From: Bacteroidales bacterium
Lineage (GTDB): Bacteria > Bacteroidota > Bacteroidia > Bacteroidales > GCA-2748055
Assembly: GCA_046485075.1 (NCBI GenBank)
Contig: JAWOHR010000150.1
Span: 21,918-85,917 of the forward strand
Reading direction: 5' to 3'
DNA: 64,000 nucleotides
Of the stretch, positions 29,935 to 39,064 are shown piece by piece. The position numbers and the translations under genes were made by a program. The notes under the pieces are model-generated. The model was not told the DNA's origin. It did not search any database and was given only the letters and a program-made list of their open reading frames with translations. Within the stretch, counting starts at the first letter, position 1. Each line of letters starts with the position of its first letter.

Positions 29935-31044
29935 ATGAAGAACTGGTTTACACCACGCACCCTGCTTGTGGCAGCCGGAGTGGTCATACTGGCACTGCTG
30001 GTGTGGCGATTCTCAAATATTGTGGCCTATATTCTCATAGCCTCGGTGATCTCACTCGTTGCCCGGCCTCTGGTAAGGTTACTTGGAAGGATCCATCTAT
30101 GGAAATGGCAAATTCCAGTCTCCATACGCGCACTGCTCACCCTTCTGTTGATCTGGACGGTTTTTTTTGGATTCTTCCGGATATTTATTCCTTTGATCGC
30201 AACGAAAGCACAAGAACTTTCCAATATCGAATCCGGAATGATTGTCCAGGAATTTGAAGGCCCTATCCGGCATCTTGAGCAGTGGATTGGAAAACTGAAC
30301 CTGTTGGATGCCACCGATTTTTCCCTGATGGATGAAATTCAATCACGGTTCAGCTCTCTCCTCAGTGTTGAGGCGGTTACCGACCTGCTGGCAGATATGG
30401 CTTCAATTCTGGGGAATCTGGCATGGGCCATCTTTGCCATCTCCTTTATCACCTTCTTTCTCCTGAAAGAGGAGAAGCTGATTTCCGGGTATATTGTAAC
30501 CATCTTCCCGGAAGATAAGGAGCAGGCATTTACCCACGCCCTGGAGTCGATTAAAAGGTTGCTCCGCAGGTATTTCATAGGAATCCTGTTGCAGATGGCA
30601 GGAATCCTCACCATGGTGACCCTGGGACTGACCATCGTGGGGATTGGTTTCTATAATGCACTGATAATTGGGTTGTTGGCTGCCATACTGAATATCATTC
30701 CTTACCTTGGGCCCTGGATGGGAGCTGCCCTTGGAATCATCCTGGGAGTGGCAGCCCATTTGGATATGGACGTTTCCACACAATTGGCCCCCATGTTAGG
30801 ATATATGATGCTGGTTTTTATCATAACCCAGCTCACCGATAATGTACTCTTCCAGCCTGTTATCTTCGGAACCAGTGTTTATGCTCACCCCATTGAGATT
30901 TTTATTGTGATTATGATGGCAGGAAGTCTGGCCGGGATTGTGGGTATGATACTGGCCATTCCCACATATACCGTGATCAGGGTTTTCGCCAAAGAATTTT
31001 TTAATAACTTTAGGGTGGTCCAGAAGCTGACCGAGAAGATATGA
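29935..31044 (+). CDS. AI-2E family transporter (PerM/YhhT-like permease)
   Basis: 369 aa with ~8 TM. IPYLGPWMGA and QPVIFG motifs typical of the family. Confidence 0.8.
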   Translation: MKNWFTPRTLLVAAGVVILALLVWRFSNIVAYILIASVISLVARPLVRLLGRIHLWKWQIPVSIRALLTLLLIWTVFFGFFRIFIPLIATKAQELSNIESGMIVQEFEGPIRHLEQWIGKLNLLDATDFSLMDEIQSRFSSLLSVEAVTDLLADMASILGNLAWAIFAISFITFFLLKEEKLISGYIVTIFPEDKEQAFTHALESIKRLLRRYFIGILLQMAGILTMVTLGLTIVGIGFYNALIIGLLAAILNIIPYLGPWMGAALGIILGVAAHLDMDVSTQLAPMLGYMMLVFIITQLTDNVLFQPVIFGTSVYAHPIEIFIVIMMAGSLAGIVGMILAIPTYTVIRVFAKEFFNNFRVVQKLTEKI

Positions 31045-31466
31045 CCCTACTCCGATTATTCGCCATCGCATATTGCACTTTGTGGCTGTTACCCGTTGCA
31101 AGCGGGCAGCATAACGAAACTTTAACAGGGGTTGCGCAGGTTACGGTAGGAACGGTGACCATGACAGATTCCGCTGCAGTCGATTCCTCAGGTACCCAAC
31201 TGGTGATTCCAAATGTATTTACTCCTAATAAGGACGGGACTCATGATTATTTTGAAGTGGTAACCGATGGTGCCACTGTTTATGAATTCAGTGTTTTCAC
31301 GCGCACCGGTACCCAGGTGTTTCATTCCAACTCACCTCGGATTTTCTGGGATGGTACAAGCAGTGCAGGACTCGAACTGTCGGAGGGTGTATACTACTAT
31401 GTCATTGAGGAAGAGGGAGGATCGGAGCCCTATTCCAGTACCGGGTTTATCTACCTGTTCCGTTAA
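31041..31466 (+). CDS. Mini-protein: signal peptide + T9SS type-B (gliding-motility-associated, CHU_C) C-terminal sorting domain
   Basis: 141 aa. LVIPNVFTPNKDGTHDYFEV...IFWDGTS...GVYYYVIEE...GFIYLFR. ATGA overlap with the AI-2E gene. Confidence 0.7.
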   Translation: MTLLRLFAIAYCTLWLLPVASGQHNETLTGVAQVTVGTVTMTDSAAVDSSGTQLVIPNVFTPNKDGTHDYFEVVTDGATVYEFSVFTRTGTQVFHSNSPRIFWDGTSSAGLELSEGVYYYVIEEEGGSEPYSSTGFIYLFR

Positions 31467-31470
31467 TAAT

Positions 31471-32352
31471 CTACCTGGATAATTTCTTAACGATCCATGC
31501 GAAAAGCAGGGTGGTGAAAAAGGTAAAGGAGCCATAAACCACTGCGACCAGCGACATTGCCTGACTTTTCAGCAGCGTGGTTGCCACAAAAATGGCCAGT
31601 GCCGAATTCTGCAGCCCTACTTCAATCACGATGGTAAAACGGTCCCTGAGCCTCAGTCCTGCCAGTCTGGCTACGAGCAATCCCGTTCCCATGGCTGCCA
31701 GGTGCAATGCCAGGGTATATGGAAGAATGGTGGTAAAATCCCTGAAATTGGCAGATTCTCCTTCCCGTTCAAAAAGGACAACCCCTGCATAGATCAGGGC
31801 CAGAAGGATCGGAAGAACTATTTTCAGTGGTTTTTCAAGTCCGTCAGCCAGGGAAGGCTTCCATTTTCTGATCCGTGTTCCTATAAAAGCAGGCAAAAGT
31901 GTGATCAGGAATACATTTAACATGGTCTCACCAACATTGAGCCTGATGCTGGCATCCTGATGGATGAAAAACGTCAGCGAAAGAGAAACCACCAGTGGCA
32001 TGGTGATCAGGGTGATAACGCTGTTGATGGCGGTCATTGAAATGGAAAGTGCAACATTTCCCCTGAGTAAATAGGTGACCAGGTTGGAGGTTGCCCCGCC
32101 CGGACATGCCGCTATAATCATCAGTCCCACTTTATACAGCGGATCGATGTTACTGATCAGTCCAATTAAAAAGGCAATCAGTGGCAGAAGCAACATCTGA
32201 CTGATGATCCCCGTGGCGACAGCCCTGGGATAGAGGAAAATATTCCTGAAATCACGATCTGACAGGGAAAGTCCCATACCAAGGGTTATAATACCAAGGG
32301 TAATGGGAAGGAATATCTCTGAAAAGAGTGATTGCATGACTACAAGGTACAT
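31471..32352 (-). CDS. Bile acid:sodium symporter (BASS) family transporter
   Basis: 293 aa with ~9-10 TM. AACPGGATSNLVTYL motif. Confidence 0.8.
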   Translation of the reverse strand: MYLVVMQSLFSEIFLPITLGIITLGMGLSLSDRDFRNIFLYPRAVATGIISQMLLLPLIAFLIGLISNIDPLYKVGLMIIAACPGGATSNLVTYLLRGNVALSISMTAINSVITLITMPLVVSLSLTFFIHQDASIRLNVGETMLNVFLITLLPAFIGTRIRKWKPSLADGLEKPLKIVLPILLALIYAGVVLFEREGESANFRDFTTILPYTLALHLAAMGTGLLVARLAGLRLRDRFTIVIEVGLQNSALAIFVATTLLKSQAMSLVAVVYGSFTFFTTLLFAWIVKKLSR

Positions 32353-32427
32353 GATTCAGCGTAATAATTTATACAGGTTAAAAATTATATAACTGTTGGA
32401 CAGAAATTCCAATCAATAGCTTTAAAT

Positions 32428-32441
32428 TAGCAATATTGCTA
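32428..32441. promoter_or_regulatory. Perfect 14-bp palindrome TAGCAATATTGCTA upstream of actA (candidate operator)
   Basis: Self-complementary 14-mer ending 36 nt upstream of the actA ATG (32478). Confidence 0.3.
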
Positions 32442-32477
32442 CATAAAATAAAAGCATTCAAAAAACCTGATCTGGAC

Positions 32478-33605
32478 ATGACAAAAGTTTCAAGTCTGGC
32501 TTTTGCCCTTTTCTTCCTTACATCACTATTTCTAATACCCCGTCTAGCCCTCTGCGAAGATGGCGAACACGATGCCGGGCATCGTTCCGAGGGTCTTATG
32601 CGTGGTGAACGCCTGTTTTACGGCCTGATTGAAGGAAAGTTCGAATCCAAAGCCTGTGCCGATTGCCACAATACCATTGAGATCGACACCTTCAACTGGA
32701 ATCCCAGCGCATGGGAGATTGCCAGCCAATTTAAAAACCGAAGTGCTGAGGAGTTTAAAAAAGCGGTTCTCAAGCCAACCGGGAACACCATGTCGGCCAT
32801 GCACCTGACCTTCAATCTTACCGACAGCGATGTGGAGATGATTAAGCTGTTCCTGGATGATTTCGAAGAACAGGGACTTGCCACAAAGAAGCCGGTGATC
32901 AATAAAATCTTTCTCTTTCTGCTGCTTGGAGTGGTTCTCACCTGGGTCGTCCTGGATGTCTTCTTCTTTAAGAAGGTGAAGCGGCGTTATATCCTGGCCA
33001 TTATTTTTATCGGAGCGATTGGTGTACAGGGTAAACTTCTGGTGGATGCAGGTACCTCCCTGGGGAGGCAGGAGCTTTACGAGCCCGATCAGCCCATTAA
33101 ATTTTCCCATGCGGTTCATGCCGGAGATAACCAGATCGATTGCCAGTATTGCCATACAACCGTAGGGTATTCGAAGTCGGCCGGCATTCCTGATGCAGGT
33201 ATTTGCTGGAATTGTCATTCCATCGTCCGGGATGGTGCCCGTTCGGGAAAACACCAGATCAGCAAGGTTGTGGAGGCGTACGAGAGCGGAACTCCCATTG
33301 AATGGATCCGCATTCATAACCTGCAGGACCACGTCTTTTTCAACCATTCACAACATGTGACTGTTGCGGGCATTGATTGTGCCACCTGTCATGGCCCCAT
33401 TGAGGAGATGGACCGGGTCAGGCAGGTCAGCGACCTGAGTATGGGATGGTGCATCAACTGTCATCGGGATACCGAAGTGCAATTTTTCGATAACGCTTTT
33501 TACGACCAGTACAAGGAGCTGCATGAAAAGGTAAAATCGGGTGAAATTGAACGGGTTACTGCCGATCTCACCGGCGGAACCGAATGCTCCAAATGTCACT
33601 ATTAA
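32478..33605 (+). CDS. actA: Alternative complex III subunit ActA, multihaem cytochrome c (six CxxCH motifs)
   Basis: CADCH, CQYCH, CWNCH, CATCH, CINCH, CSKCH. First gene of an actABCDEF-ordered cluster. ATG at 32478 gives a signal peptide. Confidence 0.85.
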   Translation: MTKVSSLAFALFFLTSLFLIPRLALCEDGEHDAGHRSEGLMRGERLFYGLIEGKFESKACADCHNTIEIDTFNWNPSAWEIASQFKNRSAEEFKKAVLKPTGNTMSAMHLTFNLTDSDVEMIKLFLDDFEEQGLATKKPVINKIFLFLLLGVVLTWVVLDVFFFKKVKRRYILAIIFIGAIGVQGKLLVDAGTSLGRQELYEPDQPIKFSHAVHAGDNQIDCQYCHTTVGYSKSAGIPDAGICWNCHSIVRDGARSGKHQISKVVEAYESGTPIEWIRIHNLQDHVFFNHSQHVTVAGIDCATCHGPIEEMDRVRQVSDLSMGWCINCHRDTEVQFFDNAFYDQYKELHEKVKSGEIERVTADLTGGTECSKCHY

Positions 33606-33619
33606 ATCCTGATCATCCC

Positions 33620-36562
33620 ATGGAAAAACATTGGAGGAGTTTAGAAGAATATAAGAATGGTACAGACCCTCACCAGGAAAACCGGACTGAGCTTGACAGC
33701 AGGGTGGTGGATGCTCCGGCCTCACGTCGTGATTTCCTTAAATTATTCGGTTTCAGTGCAGCGAGTGCCGCTGTTTTGAGCAGTTGTGAAAAACCGGTAC
33801 AGAAAGCCATCCCTTACCTGATCAAACCCGAACAGGTTACTCCCGGGAAAGCCAGTTATTATGCATCGACCTTTTTCGATGGCACAGAGTATTGCAGTGT
33901 GGTGGTGAAGGTCAGGGACGGCCGTCCCATTAAAATTGAGGGCAACCACCATTCGCCCGTCTCCCGCGGTGGCACCTCCGCACGGGTTCAGGCTTCTGTG
34001 TTGAACCTCTATGATGATGCCCGTTACAAGGAACCTTCAGCAGACGGGAAAACCATCTCCTGGGAGGATGCGGATCAGCTTGTAACCAGCAGGCTTGCTG
34101 AGGGAGGCCGCACGGTGATTCTTACTCCCACGGTCATCAGTCCCTCCAGTGCAGAGGTAATTGGAAATTTCTTCCGGGCCTATCCAAATTCAGAATGGAT
34201 TCAGTATGATGAGGTTTCTGCATCGGGCATCAGGGAGGCTCACCTGGAGGTATTTGGAGCAGCGGTGATCCCCGGTTTTCATTTTGACAGGGCGGGCTAT
34301 ATTCTCTCTTTTGATGCCGACTTTCTTGGAACCTGGCTCACACCCGTGGAGTTTGCCAGGGATTATGCAACCACCAGGGAGGTGAGCAAAGAGAATCCTT
34401 TCATGTCAAAACATGTACAGGTGGAATCGGCGCTCTCCATGACCGGTTCAAATGCCGATGAACGGATTCCAGTCACCCCCAGGGAATCGATGCTGATGCT
34501 GGCTGATATTTACAACAGGCTGGCCGCCGCTTCAGGTCAGCCAAATGTGAAGGCTCCACCCTGTGTGACTGATGTGGGGGACCTTGTCAATGCGTTGCTG
34601 GAGCACAAGGGAACATCCCTGGTGGTGTGCGGATCCAATGATCCTGCTGTGCAAAAGATGGTGGCCGGTATCAACCATATGCTGGGTAACTATGGCACCA
34701 CCCTCGATTTGGAGAGATGCATACAGGTTAAAAAAGGAGATGACAAAGGATTCCTGGCCTTTCTTCAGGAACTGGAAAATGGCGGGGTGGATAACCTGCT
34801 CATGATGGACGTAAACCCGGTATACAGCCTGGGCGGATTTGAAGCCCTGGGTAAAGCCGGATTTACTCTTTATATGGGAAGCGCCCTCAATGAGACTGCC
34901 GGGGCAGCTAAGGTCATCTGTCCCACGCCACATTATCTTGAAGCCTGGGGGGATGCCGAACCGCTTAAAGGCTCCTACAGCCTTCAGCAACCTTGTATTC
35001 ATCCTATATTTAATACCAGGTCTTTCCAGGACTCCCTGTTGACCTGGGCGGGAGAGGAGGCTTCCTACCGCGACAGGCTGGAGTCCTGGTGGAAGAATCA
35101 CATCGCTCCGCCAGAGGAGAGGGGATCGGAACAGTGGTGGGTAAATACTTTGCAGGCAGGATTTTACCAGGACCAAAGGAATCCCTTCCCTGCTTCAGAA
35201 AACTACGCCGCTCCCCATGTGGATATCAATCCACCCCAAAACGATATGGCGCTTACCCTATACACCACGGTGGCTCTGAACGACGGGCGTTATGCCAACA
35301 ATCCGTGGTTACAGGAGTTGCCTGATCCCATTACCAAGGCGTGCTGGGATAACTATCTGTTGGTTTCAGGGGCCGATGCAGCCTCGATGGGGCTTGAGGA
35401 TGAGGAGGTGGTTAAACTCAACGGGATCGATGTTCCTGTAATCATACAGCCCGGGCAGGCCCGGGGAACAGTCTCCATGGCCTTGGGATATGGTCGTACC
35501 AGCTCCGGGAAAGTGGGAAGCAACGTGGGTGTTAACGCTTTTCGGTTTGTGAAGTACATGGATGGTTCCAGATCCTATTGTCTGGATGGGGTTACCATTG
35601 AGAAAACAAACAGGAGTTATCCCATCGCCAGGACTCAAACCCACCACACCATGGAGGGCCGGCCCATCGTGAGGGAGACGACCCTGAAAGAGTTCCAGGG
35701 TGACCCAAATGCGGGGAATCACTTTCACCTGGAGGCAGAGGCTCAACACCAGACCCTTTACCCCGAGGCAAGGTTCGATGGCTTCCACTGGGGACTCATG
35801 GTGGATCTGAACAAGTGTACCGGTTGCAATAACTGCATTGTAGCCTGTACCTCCGAGAACAATGTGGCTGTTGTGGGTAAGGAGGAGGTAAAAAAACGGA
35901 GGATCATGCACTGGATGCGTATCGACCGTTACTTTTCAGATGAACCGGAGAATCCCAGGGTTTTCCACCAGCCTGTGATGTGCCAGCACTGCGACAATGC
36001 TCCATGCGAGAATGTTTGTCCGGTTTCAGCAACCATGCACAGCAATGAGGGTCTCAACCAGGTGGCCTATGTAAGATGTATCGGTACCAAGTATTGCATC
36101 AATAACTGTCCCTACCGGGTAAGGAGATTCAACTGGTACAAGTATATTAAAAACGACAAGTTTGACTATAACCTGAACAGCGATCTGGCACGCCTTGTTC
36201 TGAATCCCGATGTAACGGTTCGTGAGCGCGGGGTGGTGGAGAAGTGCAGCTTCTGCGTGCAGCGGATCCAGGAGAAGAAGATGGAGTCCAAACTTGAGAA
36301 TCGTCCGCTAAAAGATGGAGAGATTCAACCGGCCTGTGTTCAGTCCTGTCCCTCCGGGGCATTGGTATTCGGTAATATGAATGATCCGGAGTCAAAGGTG
36401 AGCAGGCTCAGGATGCAGGAACGGAACTACCACCTTCTGGAACAGTTGCATACCCTTCCGTCGGTTGGGTATCTTACCAGGGTGCGAAATGTGATGCCGG
36501 ATGCAGCTGCCGGAGTTCAACCCGGCCATGAACCGGAAGAGAAACACGATCAACATGGTTAA
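33620..36562 (+). CDS. actB: Alternative complex III subunit ActB (fused B1 molybdopterin-oxidoreductase-like + B2 4Fe-4S ferredoxin-like), Tat signal
   Basis: Start at MEKHWRSLEEY. SRRDFLKLFG twin-arginine motif. C-terminal Cys clusters (CTGCNNCIVAC, CQHCDNAPCENVCP, CIGTKYCINNCP, CSFC...CVQSCP). Confidence 0.9.
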   Translation: MEKHWRSLEEYKNGTDPHQENRTELDSRVVDAPASRRDFLKLFGFSAASAAVLSSCEKPVQKAIPYLIKPEQVTPGKASYYASTFFDGTEYCSVVVKVRDGRPIKIEGNHHSPVSRGGTSARVQASVLNLYDDARYKEPSADGKTISWEDADQLVTSRLAEGGRTVILTPTVISPSSAEVIGNFFRAYPNSEWIQYDEVSASGIREAHLEVFGAAVIPGFHFDRAGYILSFDADFLGTWLTPVEFARDYATTREVSKENPFMSKHVQVESALSMTGSNADERIPVTPRESMLMLADIYNRLAAASGQPNVKAPPCVTDVGDLVNALLEHKGTSLVVCGSNDPAVQKMVAGINHMLGNYGTTLDLERCIQVKKGDDKGFLAFLQELENGGVDNLLMMDVNPVYSLGGFEALGKAGFTLYMGSALNETAGAAKVICPTPHYLEAWGDAEPLKGSYSLQQPCIHPIFNTRSFQDSLLTWAGEEASYRDRLESWWKNHIAPPEERGSEQWWVNTLQAGFYQDQRNPFPASENYAAPHVDINPPQNDMALTLYTTVALNDGRYANNPWLQELPDPITKACWDNYLLVSGADAASMGLEDEEVVKLNGIDVPVIIQPGQARGTVSMALGYGRTSSGKVGSNVGVNAFRFVKYMDGSRSYCLDGVTIEKTNRSYPIARTQTHHTMEGRPIVRETTLKEFQGDPNAGNHFHLEAEAQHQTLYPEARFDGFHWGLMVDLNKCTGCNNCIVACTSENNVAVVGKEEVKKRRIMHWMRIDRYFSDEPENPRVFHQPVMCQHCDNAPCENVCPVSATMHSNEGLNQVAYVRCIGTKYCINNCPYRVRRFNWYKYIKNDKFDYNLNSDLARLVLNPDVTVRERGVVEKCSFCVQRIQEKKMESKLENRPLKDGEIQPACVQSCPSGALVFGNMNDPESKVSRLRMQERNYHLLEQLHTLPSVGYLTRVRNVMPDAAAGVQPGHEPEEKHDQHG

Positions 36563-36579
36563 CAAACAAAAAATATACG

Positions 36580-37974
36580 ATGTATAATACGGAAATCAGG
36601 GGTCCGCTGATCCTGGGGAACAAATCCCTGGGGCAGATTACAGCCGATATCACTTCCCCGCTATATGCACGTCCCAAGTTCTGGTGGATCGTTGGACTTG
36701 GAATCAGTTCGGTGCTGATGCTGCTGGGATTCTGGTCCATTTATGTGACCATCTCGCAGGGGATTGGCACATGGGGGGTCAATAATACCGTGGGTTGGGG
36801 ATGGGCCATCATTAATTTCGTCTGGTGGATCGGGATCGGTCATGCCGGTACCGCCTTCTCCATTTTCCTGCTCATCCTCCGGCAGGAGTGGCGATCGTCC
36901 ATCAACCGTGCTGCAGAAGCAATGACCGTGGTAGCCGTCGGGTGTGCAGCCATCTTTCCGGCCCTTCACATGGGCCGTATCTGGGATGCGTTTTTCATTT
37001 TTCCCTATCCCAATACAAGGGGACCGCTATGGGTCAATTACAATTCACCCCTCTTCTGGGACTTTATAGCCATCTCTGCCTACCTGCTGATCTCCGCCTC
37101 TTTCTGGTACCTGGGAATGATCCCCGACTTTGCCACTATACGCGACAATGCCAAATCTAAAATAAAAAAGGCAGCTTACGGCTTTTTTGCCATGGGCTGG
37201 AGGGGTTCTGTGGGAGAGTGGAAACGTTATGAAGGGCTCAGTTATATCCTGGGTGGCATTGCAGCAGTCCTGGTTGTATCGGTTCATTCGATTGTATCAA
37301 CCGACTTTGCCGTCTCCGTGGAACCCGGCTGGCATACCACCATTTTTCCACCCTACTTCGTGGTGGGGGCTATCTTTTCCGGATTTGGCATGGTGATGAC
37401 CCTGATGATTATCCTTCGCAAAATTTATAAACTGGAAGATTTTGTGACCAATGCACACCTGGATAAAGTGGCTAAAATTCTGATATTCATATCACTGATC
37501 ATGGGGACAGCCTACCTGACAGAAATTTTTGTGGCATGGTACTCGGGCAATGAATATGAGATTTTCACCTTTTTTCACAACCGCATTACCGGCGAGTTTA
37601 CCATCCAGTTCTGGTGCATGTTCATCTTCAATGCCCTGGTGCCGCAGCTCATGTGGTTTAAGAAGATCCGCAGTAACCTGCTGGTGGTGTTCATTATTTC
37701 CATTCTCATTAATGTGGGGATGTGGTTCGAACGGTTTAACATTGTAGTCACCTCCCTTACGAAGGATTATCTCCCCTCAGCCTGGGCAAGCTATTCTCCG
37801 ACAATGGTGGAGATCTCCATGTACCTGGGTACCCTGGGCATTTTTACATTCGGGGTGCTGCTTTTCTTCAAGTATATCCCCATGATCGCCATCAGTGAGG
37901 TGAAAGCGGTGAATAAGTATCAGGTGAACAGTACACACTCTTCAGAGGAAGAAAAGGTTAAAAAAGGAGATTAA
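36580..37974 (+). CDS. actC: Alternative complex III subunit ActC (NrfD/PsrC-family quinol-interacting membrane subunit)
   Basis: 464 aa with ~10 TM. WGWAIINFVWWIGIGHAGT motif typical of NrfD-like proteins. Confidence 0.9.
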   Translation: MYNTEIRGPLILGNKSLGQITADITSPLYARPKFWWIVGLGISSVLMLLGFWSIYVTISQGIGTWGVNNTVGWGWAIINFVWWIGIGHAGTAFSIFLLILRQEWRSSINRAAEAMTVVAVGCAAIFPALHMGRIWDAFFIFPYPNTRGPLWVNYNSPLFWDFIAISAYLLISASFWYLGMIPDFATIRDNAKSKIKKAAYGFFAMGWRGSVGEWKRYEGLSYILGGIAAVLVVSVHSIVSTDFAVSVEPGWHTTIFPPYFVVGAIFSGFGMVMTLMIILRKIYKLEDFVTNAHLDKVAKILIFISLIMGTAYLTEIFVAWYSGNEYEIFTFFHNRITGEFTIQFWCMFIFNALVPQLMWFKKIRSNLLVVFIISILINVGMWFERFNIVVTSLTKDYLPSAWASYSPTMVEISMYLGTLGIFTFGVLLFFKYIPMIAISEVKAVNKYQVNSTHSSEEEKVKKGD

Positions 37975-37978
37975 GACG

Positions 37979-38482
37979 ATGGACACTCAATATTTAATAG
38001 GGGTTTTTGATGATGAGCAATCCATACTCGCAGCATTCCGTAAGATGAAGGAGGAGGCGCTGGAAATCGAGGATGTGTTTACTCCCTACCCCATCCACGA
38101 AATCCTGGATCAACATGGCAAAAAATCCAAAATCACCATTGTGGGGTGGTTTTACGGCCTGTTTTCCGCCCTGGCCGTATTGGCTTTCCTGTTTTACACG
38201 GCTGTAATTGACTGGCCGCTTAATTACGGAGGGAAACCCAGCAGTGCGTTCCCTTCCTTTTTAGTGGTTACCATCATCCTGACCATTTTTAGCATTACCA
38301 TCCTGAGCCTCTTTACCTTCTCGTGGCGCGCCAACCTTTGGCCGAGCAATGAGAAACCGATTTTCCATGAAAGGGCAACCGACGATAAATTTGTGATCCT
38401 GGTGAAAAAGGAGAGGGTGGATCAAAAGAGGGTTGCCCTGGTTTTCAAAGAGGCAGGTGCATCTGAAATTCTAGAAAAGTAA
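37979..38482 (+). CDS. actD: Alternative complex III subunit ActD (DUF3341)
   Basis: 167 aa. Soluble N-domain + 2 TM. Position between actC and actE. Confidence 0.8.
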   Translation: MDTQYLIGVFDDEQSILAAFRKMKEEALEIEDVFTPYPIHEILDQHGKKSKITIVGWFYGLFSALAVLAFLFYTAVIDWPLNYGGKPSSAFPSFLVVTIILTIFSITILSLFTFSWRANLWPSNEKPIFHERATDDKFVILVKKERVDQKRVALVFKEAGASEILEK

Positions 38483-38486
38483 AAAT

Positions 38487-39053
38487 ATGAGCATGATAAG
38501 AAACCTCTCTCTTGCAGCATTTGGTTTACTGGCGATGATCTCGTGCGACAGGACCCGTTCCACCACCGGATGGGATTACATGCCCGATATGTACTATTCA
38601 AATGCCTACGAATCCTACACCCCCAATCCAAATTTTGACGACAGGCTCACCATGAGAATGCCAGTGGAGGGTACTGTGCCGATGGATATGGTACCCTATC
38701 CCTGGAAGAAAACCGATGAGGACCGGATTTCCGCAGGCGAGGCCCTGGTGAATCCATGGGAGGCAACAGCAGAGAATCTTGCAAGGGGTGAGGCAGCTTA
38801 TGGAATATTCTGTACCTCATGTCACGGAGAGAGAGGGGATGGCCAGGGATTTCTCTTTACCAGTAAAAAATACCCCTTTCCCCCTGCCAGTCTGATCAAT
38901 GAAAAAGTGACTGCCCTGAGGGACGGGGAGATCTATCACTCCATCACGGTGGGATACGGGATCATGGGTGCCCATGGAGGCATGATCCGGCAGGATGATC
39001 GCTGGAAGATCATTTTACACATTCGTGAGAACCTTCAACAACAGGCGCCCTAA
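38487..39053 (+). CDS. actE: Alternative complex III subunit ActE, monohaem cytochrome c lipoprotein
   Basis: Lipobox LLAMISC. Single CTSCH motif followed by GERGDGQG. Confidence 0.8.
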   Translation: MSMIRNLSLAAFGLLAMISCDRTRSTTGWDYMPDMYYSNAYESYTPNPNFDDRLTMRMPVEGTVPMDMVPYPWKKTDEDRISAGEALVNPWEATAENLARGEAAYGIFCTSCHGERGDGQGFLFTSKKYPFPPASLINEKVTALRDGEIYHSITVGYGIMGAHGGMIRQDDRWKIILHIRENLQQQAP

Positions 39054-39064
39054 ATTCATTTCAC

